From Propionibacteriaceae bacterium (GTDB taxonomy: Bacteria; Actinomycetota; Actinomycetes; Propionibacteriales; Propionibacteriaceae), in NCBI GenBank assembly GCA_036377435.1, contig DASUYM010000314.1, forward strand, positions 547 to 64,546: DNA of 64,000 nt. Direction: 5' to 3'. The notes under the pieces are model-generated. The model did no database searches. It saw only the letters and a list, made by a program, of their open reading frames with translations, and had not been told where the DNA came from. Within the stretch, counting starts at the first letter, position 1; every line of letters starts with the position of its first letter. The translations under genes were made by a program, and so were the position numbers. Shown in pieces: positions 7,747 through 17,764 of this stretch.

Positions 7747-8186
7747 TTATCCCTCGACCACAGCGCTGACGAGACGAAGGATCTCGGCGCTGCGGGTGAG
7801 GCCGCCGGTCAGAATCACGCTCATGCTGGCGAGCTCCTCGTCGTAGTTGATGGTGATGTGGAGCTGTTCAGAGCTCTCCGACGGTGTGGCGGCGATCCCG
7901 GAGATAAGACCGGCCAGGCGATCGCGCAGATCGGGGCTGACCGCGTCCACCCGGATAACGCTGGACGCGTGAGCCTGACGCTGGCGAACGACTGCCTGTC
8001 GGGGGGTTGTCGGCAGCGACGCGCCGGCAAACGCTTCGAGGTCAGCCCGCGCAATGCGGTAAGACTTGCCGATTCGGGTCGCTTTGAGGCGACCGTCCCG
8101 GCGTGGCGGCCAGGATAGGGCGGATGCCTATCACGTCGGCCCGGGGGCCGACTCTTTAGAGCGCGAGCCATTGCAATTGAGGCCAA
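7747..8186 (-). pseudogene. excisionase/MerR-type HTH gene, apparently frameshifted
   Basis: The open frame reads ...SWPPRRDGRLKATRIGKSYRIARADLEAFAG... (HTH_17-like recognition helix and wing) with no start codon upstream of it. The preceding helix (ADVIGIRP) and an ATG (MARALKS) sit in two other frames. Only the C-terminal 67 codons (7747..7950) have a start (GTG). Confidence 0.4.
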
Positions 8187-8260
8187 TAGCCAGTGACATC
8201 AGCTTGGGCGCTGCATACTGACCTCTAATTGCGCGTTGGTGGCACTCGGGGGTTGTAGAT

Positions 8261-11200
8261 ATGCGGCGCAAATATTCGCGCGCAAGCGCGTTAGCCGGAC
8301 TGCTCGGTCTGATCATCAGTGTCAGCGTCGGTGTCGACGTGGCGGCTGCCCATTCCCCTGGGGATGACCAGGCTGATGTTGAGCACGCCAAGCAGGATCT
8401 TGCCGGTACCTCGATCGAGCAGATCGAGAAGCAAACCCTGGCCAACGCAGCCAAGATCAAGAAGGCTACCGGAGACACTCCCGGCCGACCGACGGCCGAA
8501 CAGAATGTGCCCAACGCCAGCATCTCGGCTGCCGCCGCTGCGGATCCTGGCCAGGGTGGAGCCTGGAGCTCGGTGGTCAACACCGACCAAGGAGGCAAAA
8601 CAGGAGTCGTGCCGATTTTCCAGGCAGTCCTGCCGAACGGCAAGGTGCTGATGTGGGATTCAGTGGGACAGAACGCGCCGGAGTCGATGACGAACAACAC
8701 CTTCACCCGCGCCCAGATTTGGGACCCTAACGCCAACCCCGCGACCACCGTCCGCAAGGACGTCCCGAACTACAACATCTTCTGCGCTGGATACACCCAA
8801 CTCGCGAACGGCAATGTGCTGCTCGTCGGCGGCAACAAGAATGCTGCGCTCGACGGCATTGTGCAGACCCACATTTTCGATTGGCGTAAAGAGGAGCAGG
8901 GGCAAATGCCCTGGAGCCGTGGACCTGATATGGCGGCTGCGCGCTGGTATCCCGCGGTCCAGGCTTTGGGCAATAACGAAGCCGTGATCGTTGGCGGCGG
9001 TCCGACTGTCCCCGAGGTCTACCAGACCAACAACACGCTTCGCCGGCTCACGAACGCCAGCGGGTATAGCGATCGGCTCTATGCATTCCTCAGCACCCGT
9101 CCCGATGGCCAAGTCCAGTTGATGGGTCCCCCTGGCCAGATGAGCACTATCAACACCAGCGGCACCGGAGCGATCAGCGCCACACAGACACGCGACAACA
9201 TCAACCGCACCTATGGCGGCTTCGCCACCTACAACGTAGGTAGGTCCTCGACCGGCGAGGATTACGCCAAGGCCCTAGTCGTCGGAGGCGGCGACATTAC
9301 CGAAGGCGGCCAGAACGACGTACCCACCAAGACGGCTAAAGTCGTTAGCGTCAACGGCAGCACCACCGCCGTTAGCTCCACCGCCTCTATGTCGGTAGGA
9401 CGGCGGCAACACAACCTCACCATTTTGGCTGACGGCAGCGTGCTCGCCACTGGCGGAATGAGCCGCGCGACCAATGCGAACGTCGATCTCAATAACCCAG
9501 TGTTCGCCGCGGAGCGGTGGGATCCAGCCACAGGGACCTGGACAGTCTTATCCGGCGCGAGCCGAGTACGCCAATACCACTCCAGCGCCACGCTGCTGCC
9601 AGACGGCCGCGTACTCACCGGCGGCGGCGGAGTCTGCGCTTCCTGCGTCAGTGCGGGATATCTGGAGAAGAACATCGAGTACTTCGAGCCGCCCTACCTC
9701 TATAAGAAGGACGGCAGCGGGCAGAAGGCGACCCGACCGGTGATCAGCTCCGCACCAAGCACCGCTACCTATGGGCAAGGTTTCAACATCACCTCGACGC
9801 AGGCCGGATCCATTGCCAAGGTTGGGCTCGTACGCCTTGGGGCGGCCACACACAGCCAGGACCAGGGACAGCGCTACGTACCCTTGTCCTTCACGGTCTC
9901 AGGCAGCACCATCACTGCGACTCCGCCAGCGACCTCAAACATCGCGCCAGCCGGTTACTACATGCTCTTCATCACCGATACTGCCGGCGTCCCGTCAGTG
10001 GCCAAGATGATCCAGGTGCAGCAGAAGCCGGCGGTCAAGGGGGCGCCGTCGGACTTCAACGGCGACGGATTCTCTGATGCGGTCGTCGCCGATCCTTACG
10101 CCGACCCCGGAGGTGCCGCCGACGCCGGACAGCTGACCGTGCGCTATGGCAACAGCAGCACGATCGGGGGCGGGTCGGTGGACACGCTCGTGCAGGGCTC
10201 GGGCAGCGTGGGCAACACTGCCTCGGCCGGAGACCGATTCGGGTCCACCCTGGCTGCTGCCGATCTTGATAACGATGGCTACACCGACCTCCTCGTCGGA
10301 ACACCATACGAGGACATCAGCGGCCAAGCCGATTCCGGGTTGGCACAGGTCATCTGGGGTTCGTCAGGCGGGCTCGGCGAGGGCAGGGCATCGACGCAGC
10401 TGACCCAGAGCTCCTTTGGGAGGACCGCTGCCGCAGGTGATCAACTGGGTTACGCGCTGGACGCGTCCAACGAGCTGGGCGCTGACTTGCCAATGGCGGC
10501 CGTTGGTGTTCCGCGCGGCAATGTCTCCGGGCAGAATGACGCCGGATGGGTCGGCCTCCTTGCCGCCGGCCTCAACGATCCGAGGGCCGTTGATCAAAAC
10601 TCTGCTGGGATTCCTGGGGCCGCTGAGGCGGGGGATCGGTTCGGCGAAGCGATCACGCTCGGCCTGATGGCCGGGACCTCCAGCCGAGTTGATGCCGCGG
10701 TCGGTACCCCAGGCGAGGACTTAGGCTCCGGTACAAGTGCGATAACCAACGGCGGCGCGTTCACCATAATCAACGATCTCTACACCGGAGTCGTAGCTGG
10801 GCAAGCCTACGACCAGAACAGTTCAGGGGTCCCCGGCACCCCGGAGGGCAATGACGCCTTCGGCCAGGTCGTGGACAGCGTCCGGGCCGGGGGCACCACA
10901 CACTTGGCGGTCGGAATTCCCTCCGAGGACATCGGAACGGCGGCCGACGCCGGCAGCGTGCAGCTCTTTTCTTCCACTGGCACCACGATCACGCCGGGCG
11001 TTGGGCTGACTCAGGACATCACGAATGTCGCAGACACGTCCGAAGCGGGTGATCAGTTCGGGCGCCGTCTCGTGCTGGCACCGCCGGGATTGAGTGACAC
11101 CAAGACTCGTCTTGCCGTGTCCGCGCCGTACGAAGACCTGTCAGCCGTCGCCGACGCTGGGCTGGTCCAGATCTTTCCGCTTGATGATCTTGGTGCGGAG

Positions 11201-11479
11201 GTCACCTACGACCAGAACAAGGAAATTGATAGCACCCCGATTGAGGGCAGCGTGGCCGCCAATGATCATTTTGGTGAGGGCCTCGGCTTCGTGGCCGGCG
11301 TGGCCGAGCGCTCCATCTTGATAGGAGTGCCCGATGATGTGGAGTTCTCGAGCGGCATAGTGCACGTCATCCCGCTGCCCGGTGGGCCCCCGCGGACCTG
11401 GCGCCCGGGTGTGGGCGGAGTTCCGCCTACAGCGGCGGACAGGTTCGGTGGCGCTGCCGGCGGGGAGGTGCAGCAGTAG
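8261..11479 (+). CDS. secreted galactose-oxidase/glyoxal-oxidase-like radical copper oxidase fused to FG-GAP repeat region
   Basis: A signal peptide is present (ASALAGLLGLIISVSVGVDVAAA). The copper-oxidase motifs occur in the expected order: NIFCAGY (Cys of the Tyr-Cys cofactor), ARWYPA, RQYHSSATLLPDGRVLTGGGG (Tyr-His), and AATHSQDQGQRYVPL (His). The C-terminal ~480 aa carry repeated FG-GAP units (FNGDGFSDAVVADP, GDRFGSTLAAADLDNDGYTDLLVGTPYED, and others). Confidence 0.8.
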   Translation: MRRKYSRASALAGLLGLIISVSVGVDVAAAHSPGDDQADVEHAKQDLAGTSIEQIEKQTLANAAKIKKATGDTPGRPTAEQNVPNASISAAAAADPGQGGAWSSVVNTDQGGKTGVVPIFQAVLPNGKVLMWDSVGQNAPESMTNNTFTRAQIWDPNANPATTVRKDVPNYNIFCAGYTQLANGNVLLVGGNKNAALDGIVQTHIFDWRKEEQGQMPWSRGPDMAAARWYPAVQALGNNEAVIVGGGPTVPEVYQTNNTLRRLTNASGYSDRLYAFLSTRPDGQVQLMGPPGQMSTINTSGTGAISATQTRDNINRTYGGFATYNVGRSSTGEDYAKALVVGGGDITEGGQNDVPTKTAKVVSVNGSTTAVSSTASMSVGRRQHNLTILADGSVLATGGMSRATNANVDLNNPVFAAERWDPATGTWTVLSGASRVRQYHSSATLLPDGRVLTGGGGVCASCVSAGYLEKNIEYFEPPYLYKKDGSGQKATRPVISSAPSTATYGQGFNITSTQAGSIAKVGLVRLGAATHSQDQGQRYVPLSFTVSGSTITATPPATSNIAPAGYYMLFITDTAGVPSVAKMIQVQQKPAVKGAPSDFNGDGFSDAVVADPYADPGGAADAGQLTVRYGNSSTIGGGSVDTLVQGSGSVGNTASAGDRFGSTLAAADLDNDGYTDLLVGTPYEDISGQADSGLAQVIWGSSGGLGEGRASTQLTQSSFGRTAAAGDQLGYALDASNELGADLPMAAVGVPRGNVSGQNDAGWVGLLAAGLNDPRAVDQNSAGIPGAAEAGDRFGEAITLGLMAGTSSRVDAAVGTPGEDLGSGTSAITNGGAFTIINDLYTGVVAGQAYDQNSSGVPGTPEGNDAFGQVVDSVRAGGTTHLAVGIPSEDIGTAADAGSVQLFSSTGTTITPGVGLTQDITNVADTSEAGDQFGRRLVLAPPGLSDTKTRLAVSAPYEDLSAVADAGLVQIFPLDDLGAEVTYDQNKEIDSTPIEGSVAANDHFGEGLGFVAGVAERSILIGVPDDVEFSSGIVHVIPLPGGPPRTWRPGVGGVPPTAADRFGGAAGGEVQQ

Positions 11480-11976
11480 CGCACCGTGGGCCAGCTGAGT
11501 GGCACGGAGGCCCCCCATTGGTCTTGCCGCACTGCCGCACTCAGGGCCGTCGGAGGCCGGTTGAAGAACCCGCCGGAGGCGTCGGGAATGGCTGTGCGGG
11601 ATCAGAATCGGGCGCCATCGATCCGACGCGGCCCCGGGTGGTCGGCATCATCGACGCCGAGCTCCTTCTTGGTTGGAGCCGGTTCCAGCGAACCGATCCA
11701 GATGACTTCGTCGTGAAGTGTGCGGTTGGTGCGCCGAGATCTGAGTTCGCGAGTGACGACGACCCGATACGAAACTGGGACTGCACGTAGGTCATGAGAG
11801 AACCTTGGAGGGCAGGTAATGCGTGGGAGGTCTGGCGCTGCGATGTCGCTCGTCTCGACGGCTCAAATGCTCAAATGACGGCCGAAACGTCCCAGACTGG
11901 CTGTTGATTCAGCAACAGAAGTACAGCGCGGCCCGCCGTCGCAGTCAAGACCGTTGAAGCCGACGCGCCTCCACGG

Positions 11977-13074
11977 TCACAAGGCGCGACGTTGCGCGAC
12001 CAGCGGGCAGAGGAAGGGGTCTTTGCCCCTCAGTCCGACGCTGTTCAGGTACCGAATGACGACACCGTAAGCCTGCCACAGCGATGTCTGGGTGTACGGC
12101 ACCCCTTCTGCCGCGCAGTAAGCGGCGACGAGGGGTTGCACCTTGCGGAGATAAGGGCGGGCCATCGAGGGGAACAGGTGGTGTTCGATCTGGTAGTTGA
12201 GGCCGCCCATGAGGATCGACATGAAGCGTCCGCCGCTGACATTGCGACTCATGAGGACCTGGCGGCGTAGGAAGTCCAACTTCAGCCTCGGTGAGACCAG
12301 CGGCATGCCGATGTGGTTCGGCGCAAACGACGAGCCAAGGTAGAAGCCGAAGACGGCCAGCTCGACAGCGAGAAAGGCGGCGGCCTTCCCTGGCGGCAAC
12401 ACCAGAAACACCAGAGCAACGAGACCACCGTGGCGGACCGTCAGCAAGGAGAGCTCAATCCAGCGGCGCTCGACCGGGCGGCGGCTCAGACCGCGGCGAA
12501 ACCCTTCTGAGTGGAGTGAGAGGCCTTCGAGCAGGAGGATCGGGAAGAAATACCAGCCCTGGTGGGACACCAGCCATTGCATCAATGGGCTGCGGCGCCG
12601 GGTTGCCTGCTCAGGGGTCATAGCGATGGCACCCAAGGCGACATCGGGATCGGCACCGACCTTGTTCGGGTTGGCGTGGTGTCGGTTGTGCTTGCTTCGC
12701 CACCAGCCGTAGCTGATGCCGACGAACAGGTTCGCGATGATCATGCTGGTCCAGTCGTTCCACCGGCCGGACTTGAAGATTTGGCGGTGCGCTGCGTCAT
12801 GGCCGAGAAACCCCAACTGGGTCATGATGATCGCGAGCACACCGGCACTGAGCAGTTGCCACCAGCTATCGCCGATCCAGATGAAGGTGAGTACCCAGGC
12901 GGCCAGAATGAGCACGGCGCCGATCAGTTTGGTCCAGTAGTACCCGTACCGGCGGCGCATGAGATCCAGGTCGTGCACGCGGCGGGCCAGGGCGGTGAAG
13001 GAGCTGCCGGCTCGGGTGTCCGTGGCTGCGCCAGGAGCCGTCGCCGAAGCGGTCGGAGTAAGGGTAGAAGTCAT
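11977..13074 (-). CDS. membrane fatty acid desaturase
   Basis: Three histidine boxes are present: HDAAHRQ, HNRHHANPN and QIEHHLFPSM. Hydrophobic helices are also present. Confidence 0.85.
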   Translation of the reverse strand: MTSTLTPTASATAPGAATDTRAGSSFTALARRVHDLDLMRRRYGYYWTKLIGAVLILAAWVLTFIWIGDSWWQLLSAGVLAIIMTQLGFLGHDAAHRQIFKSGRWNDWTSMIIANLFVGISYGWWRSKHNRHHANPNKVGADPDVALGAIAMTPEQATRRRSPLMQWLVSHQGWYFFPILLLEGLSLHSEGFRRGLSRRPVERRWIELSLLTVRHGGLVALVFLVLPPGKAAAFLAVELAVFGFYLGSSFAPNHIGMPLVSPRLKLDFLRRQVLMSRNVSGGRFMSILMGGLNYQIEHHLFPSMARPYLRKVQPLVAAYCAAEGVPYTQTSLWQAYGVVIRYLNSVGLRGKDPFLCPLVAQRRAL

Positions 13075-13341
13075 GGGAGGGAGAGCCGTTCCGTAGCGGA
13101 CGTCCCGGAAAAGAGTCTGGGCGACAGCGGGGTTGCTTCGGGAGCCGCGGCGAGTTTACACGGCGTCTCCGGCCCCAGACCGACTGCGGAATGCAGTGTA
13201 AGGATTCTACCCACTGAATGACCGAGCCAATCTGCGTGAGCGCCACTCGGCGATCACTGTTGCGCCGCACCATCGCGATAGGCTTATGCGATAGCCGTCA
13301 ACACCTAAGCCGGCCGTGGCTGTGAGCAATCGAAGAGGACC

Positions 13342-14127
13342 ATGGACTCCGACGACAATGCCGAGGTTGAGTCGGGTCACGACGTTGAGGCTGAGGACGA
13401 GTACCTTCGCGAGAGTCTGGCGGGTCTGTCCCGGTTGGCGTCGAACCGGCTGCCGCTGGAGGCGATGCTGACCCAGGTCGCCACGTACGCCGTGCAAGCC
13501 ATCCCCGGGGCCGACGGCGCCGGCCTGACGTTGCTCGAGCACGACAGGGCCGACACTATTGTGGCGACCGCTCCGTTTGTCACCGAGATCGACGATATTC
13601 AATACGAGATGGGACAGGGTCCCTGTATCAGTGCCGCCCGTGAAGGCCGGACCGTCCTGTCGGGCTCGCTCGGCGGAGATTCTCGATGGCCGCGCTTCGG
13701 TGGTCGGATCGCCCGGCTTGGCGTACACAGCGTGGTGTCGTTGCCGTTGATCACGCCCGATGGCGTGGTCGGCGCCATGAACGTTTACGCCCATGACAAG
13801 AACGCATTCGACGACCGGGCCGCCGAACTGGGCCAGGTCTTCGCCGCACCAGCCGCGATCGCGGTGCAGAACGCCCAAGTCCTCGCACAGACTCAGCGAC
13901 TGGCCAACCAGCTGCAGTCGGCCCTGGAACTCCGCGGCGTCATCGACCGGGCTGTCGGGATCCTGATGAGTCGAAGCGGCAGCACCGAGCATGAAGCACT
14001 CGAGCGGCTCCGTACGATGAGCCAGCACGAGCATCGCAAGCTCGGCGAGGTAGCCCGCCATATCGTCGATGAGGCCGTCGCCCGGGCGCGAGCCGCCCGG
14101 AGCCGACAGAGTCAAGAACGGTCCTGA
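13342..14127 (+). CDS. GAF + ANTAR domain RNA-binding regulator
   Basis: The GAF-like region reads QVATYAVQAIPGADGAGLTLL...GQGPCISA...SVVSLPL...GAMNVYA. The C-terminal ANTAR region reads LELRGVIDRAVGILMSRSGSTEHEALERLRTMSQHEHRKLGEVARHIV. Confidence 0.8.
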   Translation: MDSDDNAEVESGHDVEAEDEYLRESLAGLSRLASNRLPLEAMLTQVATYAVQAIPGADGAGLTLLEHDRADTIVATAPFVTEIDDIQYEMGQGPCISAAREGRTVLSGSLGGDSRWPRFGGRIARLGVHSVVSLPLITPDGVVGAMNVYAHDKNAFDDRAAELGQVFAAPAAIAVQNAQVLAQTQRLANQLQSALELRGVIDRAVGILMSRSGSTEHEALERLRTMSQHEHRKLGEVARHIVDEAVARARAARSRQSQERS

Positions 14128-14281
14128 TTAGGCGCCTTCATTATCCGCGCGTAGAGTCATTGTTGACGCGGCTATCTGATTCCCCGGTCCGCGCAGCCGC
14201 CGCCAGTGGTTTCGGCGCTTTTGCTGAGCCAGTTCACGCAGAGACGATCAGCGGGCGGATCCGCTTGCTCGGAGCACGAGT

Positions 14282-14905
14282 GTGGATCTTCCAGCAACCG
14301 TGCTTGTGCATGTTCAAGATCTCACGGCGAGCCTCGGACAAGACGATCGGGATCTGAACGACACGTTGGCGGCATTGACCACGGCGCTGCGCTCGACGGC
14401 CACCTCCTACTGCGGCTTCCAGATGACTATTGTCGAGAACCAGTGGCCGGTCACGCTGACCGCCTTCACTGATGGCAACGACGTACCGGTCAGGACGTCG
14501 CTGCGTCTCCCCCTCGGGCTGGTTTCGCGGACGGTGGGTGGGGAGAGCCGAGTCGTCTTCTTCGCCGGCACCCCTGGCGCATTCACCGATCTCGCCGCCG
14601 ACCTGAGCCACGCTCTCGGGGGCGTCCCCGTTGATGGACGATCGTCCGCCGCGAATAACGCGGATCATCGTGGGTCGCGTGTGGACGGTCACCGACGGGT
14701 GATTGAGCTGGACACTGATCTTCCACCGCTCTCTCGCGTGCCCGGGCTGACCGGCCTCCCCGAATTGACGCTGCTGAATCGCGCTGTCGGAATGCTGATC
14801 CAGCAAGGCGACGACATTGAGCAAGCTCATCAACTGCTGCGCCGGGAGGCCGCCGCTCACGGAGTCGAACCGCACATCTACGCCAAGCGGATCCTCCGAG
14901 GCTGA
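14282..14905 (+). CDS. ANTAR domain protein with divergent N-terminal (GAF-like?) region
   Basis: The start is GTG. The C-terminus LTLLNRAVGMLIQQGDDIEQAHQLLRREAAAHGVEPHIYAKRIL follows the ANTAR pattern. The N-terminal 140 aa are not recognisable. Confidence 0.55.
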   Translation: MDLPATVLVHVQDLTASLGQDDRDLNDTLAALTTALRSTATSYCGFQMTIVENQWPVTLTAFTDGNDVPVRTSLRLPLGLVSRTVGGESRVVFFAGTPGAFTDLAADLSHALGGVPVDGRSSAANNADHRGSRVDGHRRVIELDTDLPPLSRVPGLTGLPELTLLNRAVGMLIQQGDDIEQAHQLLRREAAAHGVEPHIYAKRILRG

Positions 14906-14956
14906 ACGCGGCCCAGTGTGCATCGACGCGAATCACGAGACTAGGAGCACGACAAC

Positions 14957-15667
14957 ATGAATGTAGACATCGGCGCCGAGCCCAGTTCACAGGGCCGAAT
15001 CCTCCAAGTGCCCGACGATCAACAGCACGACCGATCGCCACGTCTTTCGCCGGCGCCATCAGAGGCTCCTTTCGTTCGCCACGCGGGCTGGCTGTCCATC
15101 GCGGCGGGGGTGCTCTTCCTCATCGCCCAGACCGTGATGTGGACCTTCGACCAGAGCCAGAACCTCGAGACTTCGCAGGATCCGGTCTTCATCGCCGCCA
15201 AGATCATCCTTCTGGCGGGCTTCATCGTGCTGATGTTCGCCCTCATTGCGATCTACGGTCTGCAGGCGCGGATGGCAGGCCGGCTGGGGGTCGCCGCCTT
15301 CGCCCTGGCGATCGTAGGCACCATGATGTTGGCGGGCGACCTGTGGTTCGAGTCATTCGCCGTCCCATGGCTGGCTGCGGGGCCTGGAGCGCAGGGGTTG
15401 ACGAGCGCGCCATCCGTCATCATGGGTCTGGGCGCCATCGCGAGCTATATCCTCTTTGCAGCCGGATGGGTGCTATTCGGGATCGCCAGTGTGCGGGCCC
15501 GGGTGTTTCCGCTCCCCATCTCAATCGCCATCGTTCTTGGCGGGATCGCCGGATACCAGGCACTGCTGGCGCCGTGGGGGATGCCACTCGGCCTGGCGCT
15601 CGTCGTGCTGGGCATCTGGATTGTGAAGACGGGCGAGCGCCAGTCGGCCGCGGCCCGCAGGCAGTGA
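14957..15667 (+). CDS. integral membrane protein (about 6 TM), function unknown
   Basis: The ORF is 236 aa with six evenly spaced hydrophobic segments after a polar N-terminus. Confidence 0.55.
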   Translation: MNVDIGAEPSSQGRILQVPDDQQHDRSPRLSPAPSEAPFVRHAGWLSIAAGVLFLIAQTVMWTFDQSQNLETSQDPVFIAAKIILLAGFIVLMFALIAIYGLQARMAGRLGVAAFALAIVGTMMLAGDLWFESFAVPWLAAGPGAQGLTSAPSVIMGLGAIASYILFAAGWVLFGIASVRARVFPLPISIAIVLGGIAGYQALLAPWGMPLGLALVVLGIWIVKTGERQSAAARRQ

Positions 15668-15748
15668 AGATGGTCCCCGAGGGCGATCTGTGTGCAGTTG
15701 TCTTGTGATCATGGAGCGCAAGACGGGTCCACTCTATAGAATCCCTGC

Positions 15749-16723
15749 ATGAGCGCTAGGGAACCTCGTCCTGATGCGTTGATCATTGGCGCGCCGAAGG
15801 CGGGCACGAGCGCGCTGCATGCAGCGCTAGCCCAGCATCCGGAGATTTACGTGTCGCCAATCAAGGAGCCCAAGTACTACATGTGTTGGGACGCTCCCCC
15901 ACCGGCGTACTGCGGACCTGGCGACGCGCACAGCAATCAGGAGTGGGTCTGGTGGCGAGAGGACTACCGGGTGCTGTTCGAGAAAGCTCCCGAGGACGCT
16001 GTACGACTGGAGAGTACGCCGTTCTATCTCTACGCACGTGGGGCTCGGCACAGGATCGCTGAGGAGCTCACGGAGGCGAAACTGATCGTCATCGTCCGAG
16101 ACCCGATCGACCGGGCGTACTCCAACTGGATGCATCTGTGGGTGGACGGGCTGGAGCCGATATCGGATTTCGTCGAAGCATGGCGCGCTGAGGACAGCCG
16201 GGTCGTGGCTGGATGGGCACCCTTTTGGCATTACAGGCGTCTCGGTCGGTACGGCGAACAACTGGCCGATCTGCTCGGCCGAGTGGAACGGGAGCGGGTT
16301 TTCGTTCTTCGCTACTGGCAACTGGTGTCCCAACCGAAGGAGACGCTGAACCGCGTCGCACGCTTCCTCGGCATCGCTGAAGGTCAGGTCAGCATGATTC
16401 CTCCGGATAACGCTCGGCCGTTCGTGGAACCGGGCGTACGCGCATCGGTGTTGGGGCGAGTGATTCGCGCAGGCGCCGGAGCGGGTACTTACCTGCCGCC
16501 CCACGTCTGGCGTCGGGCTAGCAAACCACTGATAAGCCTCCTGCAACATGGTGGAGCAACCCAGCGACCAAGGCTTGCACCCGAGCAACGCACGGCACTG
16601 CTCGGAGACTGCGTGGATGACATCGCACTCCTGGAGCAGACGCTCGGCGAGTCGTTCGAGGACTGGCGGTCGGACGCTGGGCGCGGTTCCTTCGCCGAAC
16701 GGGCCGCTAAGGCTCAGACCTGA
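15749..16723 (+). CDS. sulfotransferase family protein
   Basis: The PAPS 5'-phosphosulfate-binding loop is [12 protein letters not shown]. The 3'-phosphate motif region is [19 protein letters not shown]. Confidence 0.8.
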   Translation: MSAREPRPDALIIGAPKAGTSALHAALAQHPEIYVSPIKEPKYYMCWDAPPPAYCGPGDAHSNQEWVWWREDYRVLFEKAPEDAVRLESTPFYLYARGARHRIAEELTEAKLIVIVRDPIDRAYSNWMHLWVDGLEPISDFVEAWRAEDSRVVAGWAPFWHYRRLGRYGEQLADLLGRVERERVFVLRYWQLVSQPKETLNRVARFLGIAEGQVSMIPPDNARPFVEPGVRASVLGRVIRAGAGAGTYLPPHVWRRASKPLISLLQHGGATQRPRLAPEQRTALLGDCVDDIALLEQTLGESFEDWRSDAGRGSFAERAAKAQT

Positions 16724-17681
16724 TCAAGCTTGGTCGAATGCAGGTCATCAAATCGTGCGAGCCATCCGAGCGGGCAGCCTCGAAGTAGAACCGCGTGCGG
16801 CCGTCCGGGAGTGCGACGGCGCTGGCATAGCGGAGTGATCCGTCGCCATCCGGGGACTCCGCGATCGGAGCGTCACCGACCGGCCTGAGCGAGCCGTCCT
16901 GCTCCTGAGCCAGACCAGTCCGCTCAAACCAATTCTCGGCAGCGGTCGCGCGTCCGTCGTAGAGCACCGTCAGCGGCGCCTCGTTCAAGATCGTGGTGAT
17001 TCGGGTGCCCCGCCCGTACCAGGTGCCGGGCGTGCCACGCAGCACGACCCCTTGGTCCTCCCAGTGGATACCGTCGACGCTGGTCGCGTAGCGGGTGATC
17101 ATCCTGTCTTCATGCCCTTGCTCGGCCAGCGGATGACAGCACACCCACATCCGCCAATCCCGGTGTCCTCGAATGATCACCGGATCCTTGACCGCCCAAT
17201 GATCATCGCCAGCGAGCACCAGATGACGATCACCGAATGGCAACTCCTCCGGCCGCTCCGCGTCCAGTGCATCAATCCACCAGTGCTTGGAGTTCGGGGT
17301 AGCACAGCTGAGATAGAGGCGCCAACCGAAGTCGGTCGGCAAGATCACGGGGCGCTCCAGCGAAGCGGCGCCGAAGGCCTCGCGACCAACCTCGCAGACT
17401 GGCTTGAAGTCGACGCCATCCAATGACCTAGCGACGACGACGCCGACTCCACGTCCGGAGCCGAGAGGTCGCCGGATGCGGTAGGCCAGCCAGAACGTCC
17501 CGTTCACCAGGACGCAACTTGCACCTCCAGCCCAGTTGCCGGGACCGGCGTCCGGAGCAGATACGACGACCTCCGCGGTGTCGTAGCGAGGAAGCTGGAC
17601 ATCGACCAGAGCAGCCACGGAAGAAAACCTATCCGAATAGTCGGCAATAGGAGTCGCATCTCGGCTCACATGTGCCGTCAT
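16707..17681 (-). CDS. five-bladed beta-propeller glycosidase-like protein (GH32/43/130-type fold), function unknown
   Basis: The ORF is 324 aa with repeated W/Y-x-G-x-S and VKDPV-type blade motifs ([42 protein letters not shown]). It overlaps the sulfotransferase 3' end by 17 nt and is convergent with it. Confidence 0.45.
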   Translation of the reverse strand: MTAHVSRDATPIADYSDRFSSVAALVDVQLPRYDTAEVVVSAPDAGPGNWAGGASCVLVNGTFWLAYRIRRPLGSGRGVGVVVARSLDGVDFKPVCEVGREAFGAASLERPVILPTDFGWRLYLSCATPNSKHWWIDALDAERPEELPFGDRHLVLAGDDHWAVKDPVIIRGHRDWRMWVCCHPLAEQGHEDRMITRYATSVDGIHWEDQGVVLRGTPGTWYGRGTRITTILNEAPLTVLYDGRATAAENWFERTGLAQEQDGSLRPVGDAPIAESPDGDGSLRYASAVALPDGRTRFYFEAARSDGSHDLMTCIRPSLIRSEP

Positions 17682-17764
17682 CGAGGTTGCGGACGCGAGG
17701 TCGAAAGTCCCCAGACAGACATCAAGAAGACCGTCCCAGAAAAACGTCAGAGTCGATGTCTAAT

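Noticed and set aside
11541-11795. An 84-aa minus-strand ORF (MTYVQSQFRIG...) in the 500-nt gap between the oxidase and desaturase genes. An alternative frame reads VVVTRELRSRRTNRTLHDEVIWIGSLEP.
   Set aside because: There is no convincing RBS and no recognisable family. The protein-like stretch is split between two frames, and a plus-strand ORF overlaps it. It could be a decayed small gene, but I cannot support it.
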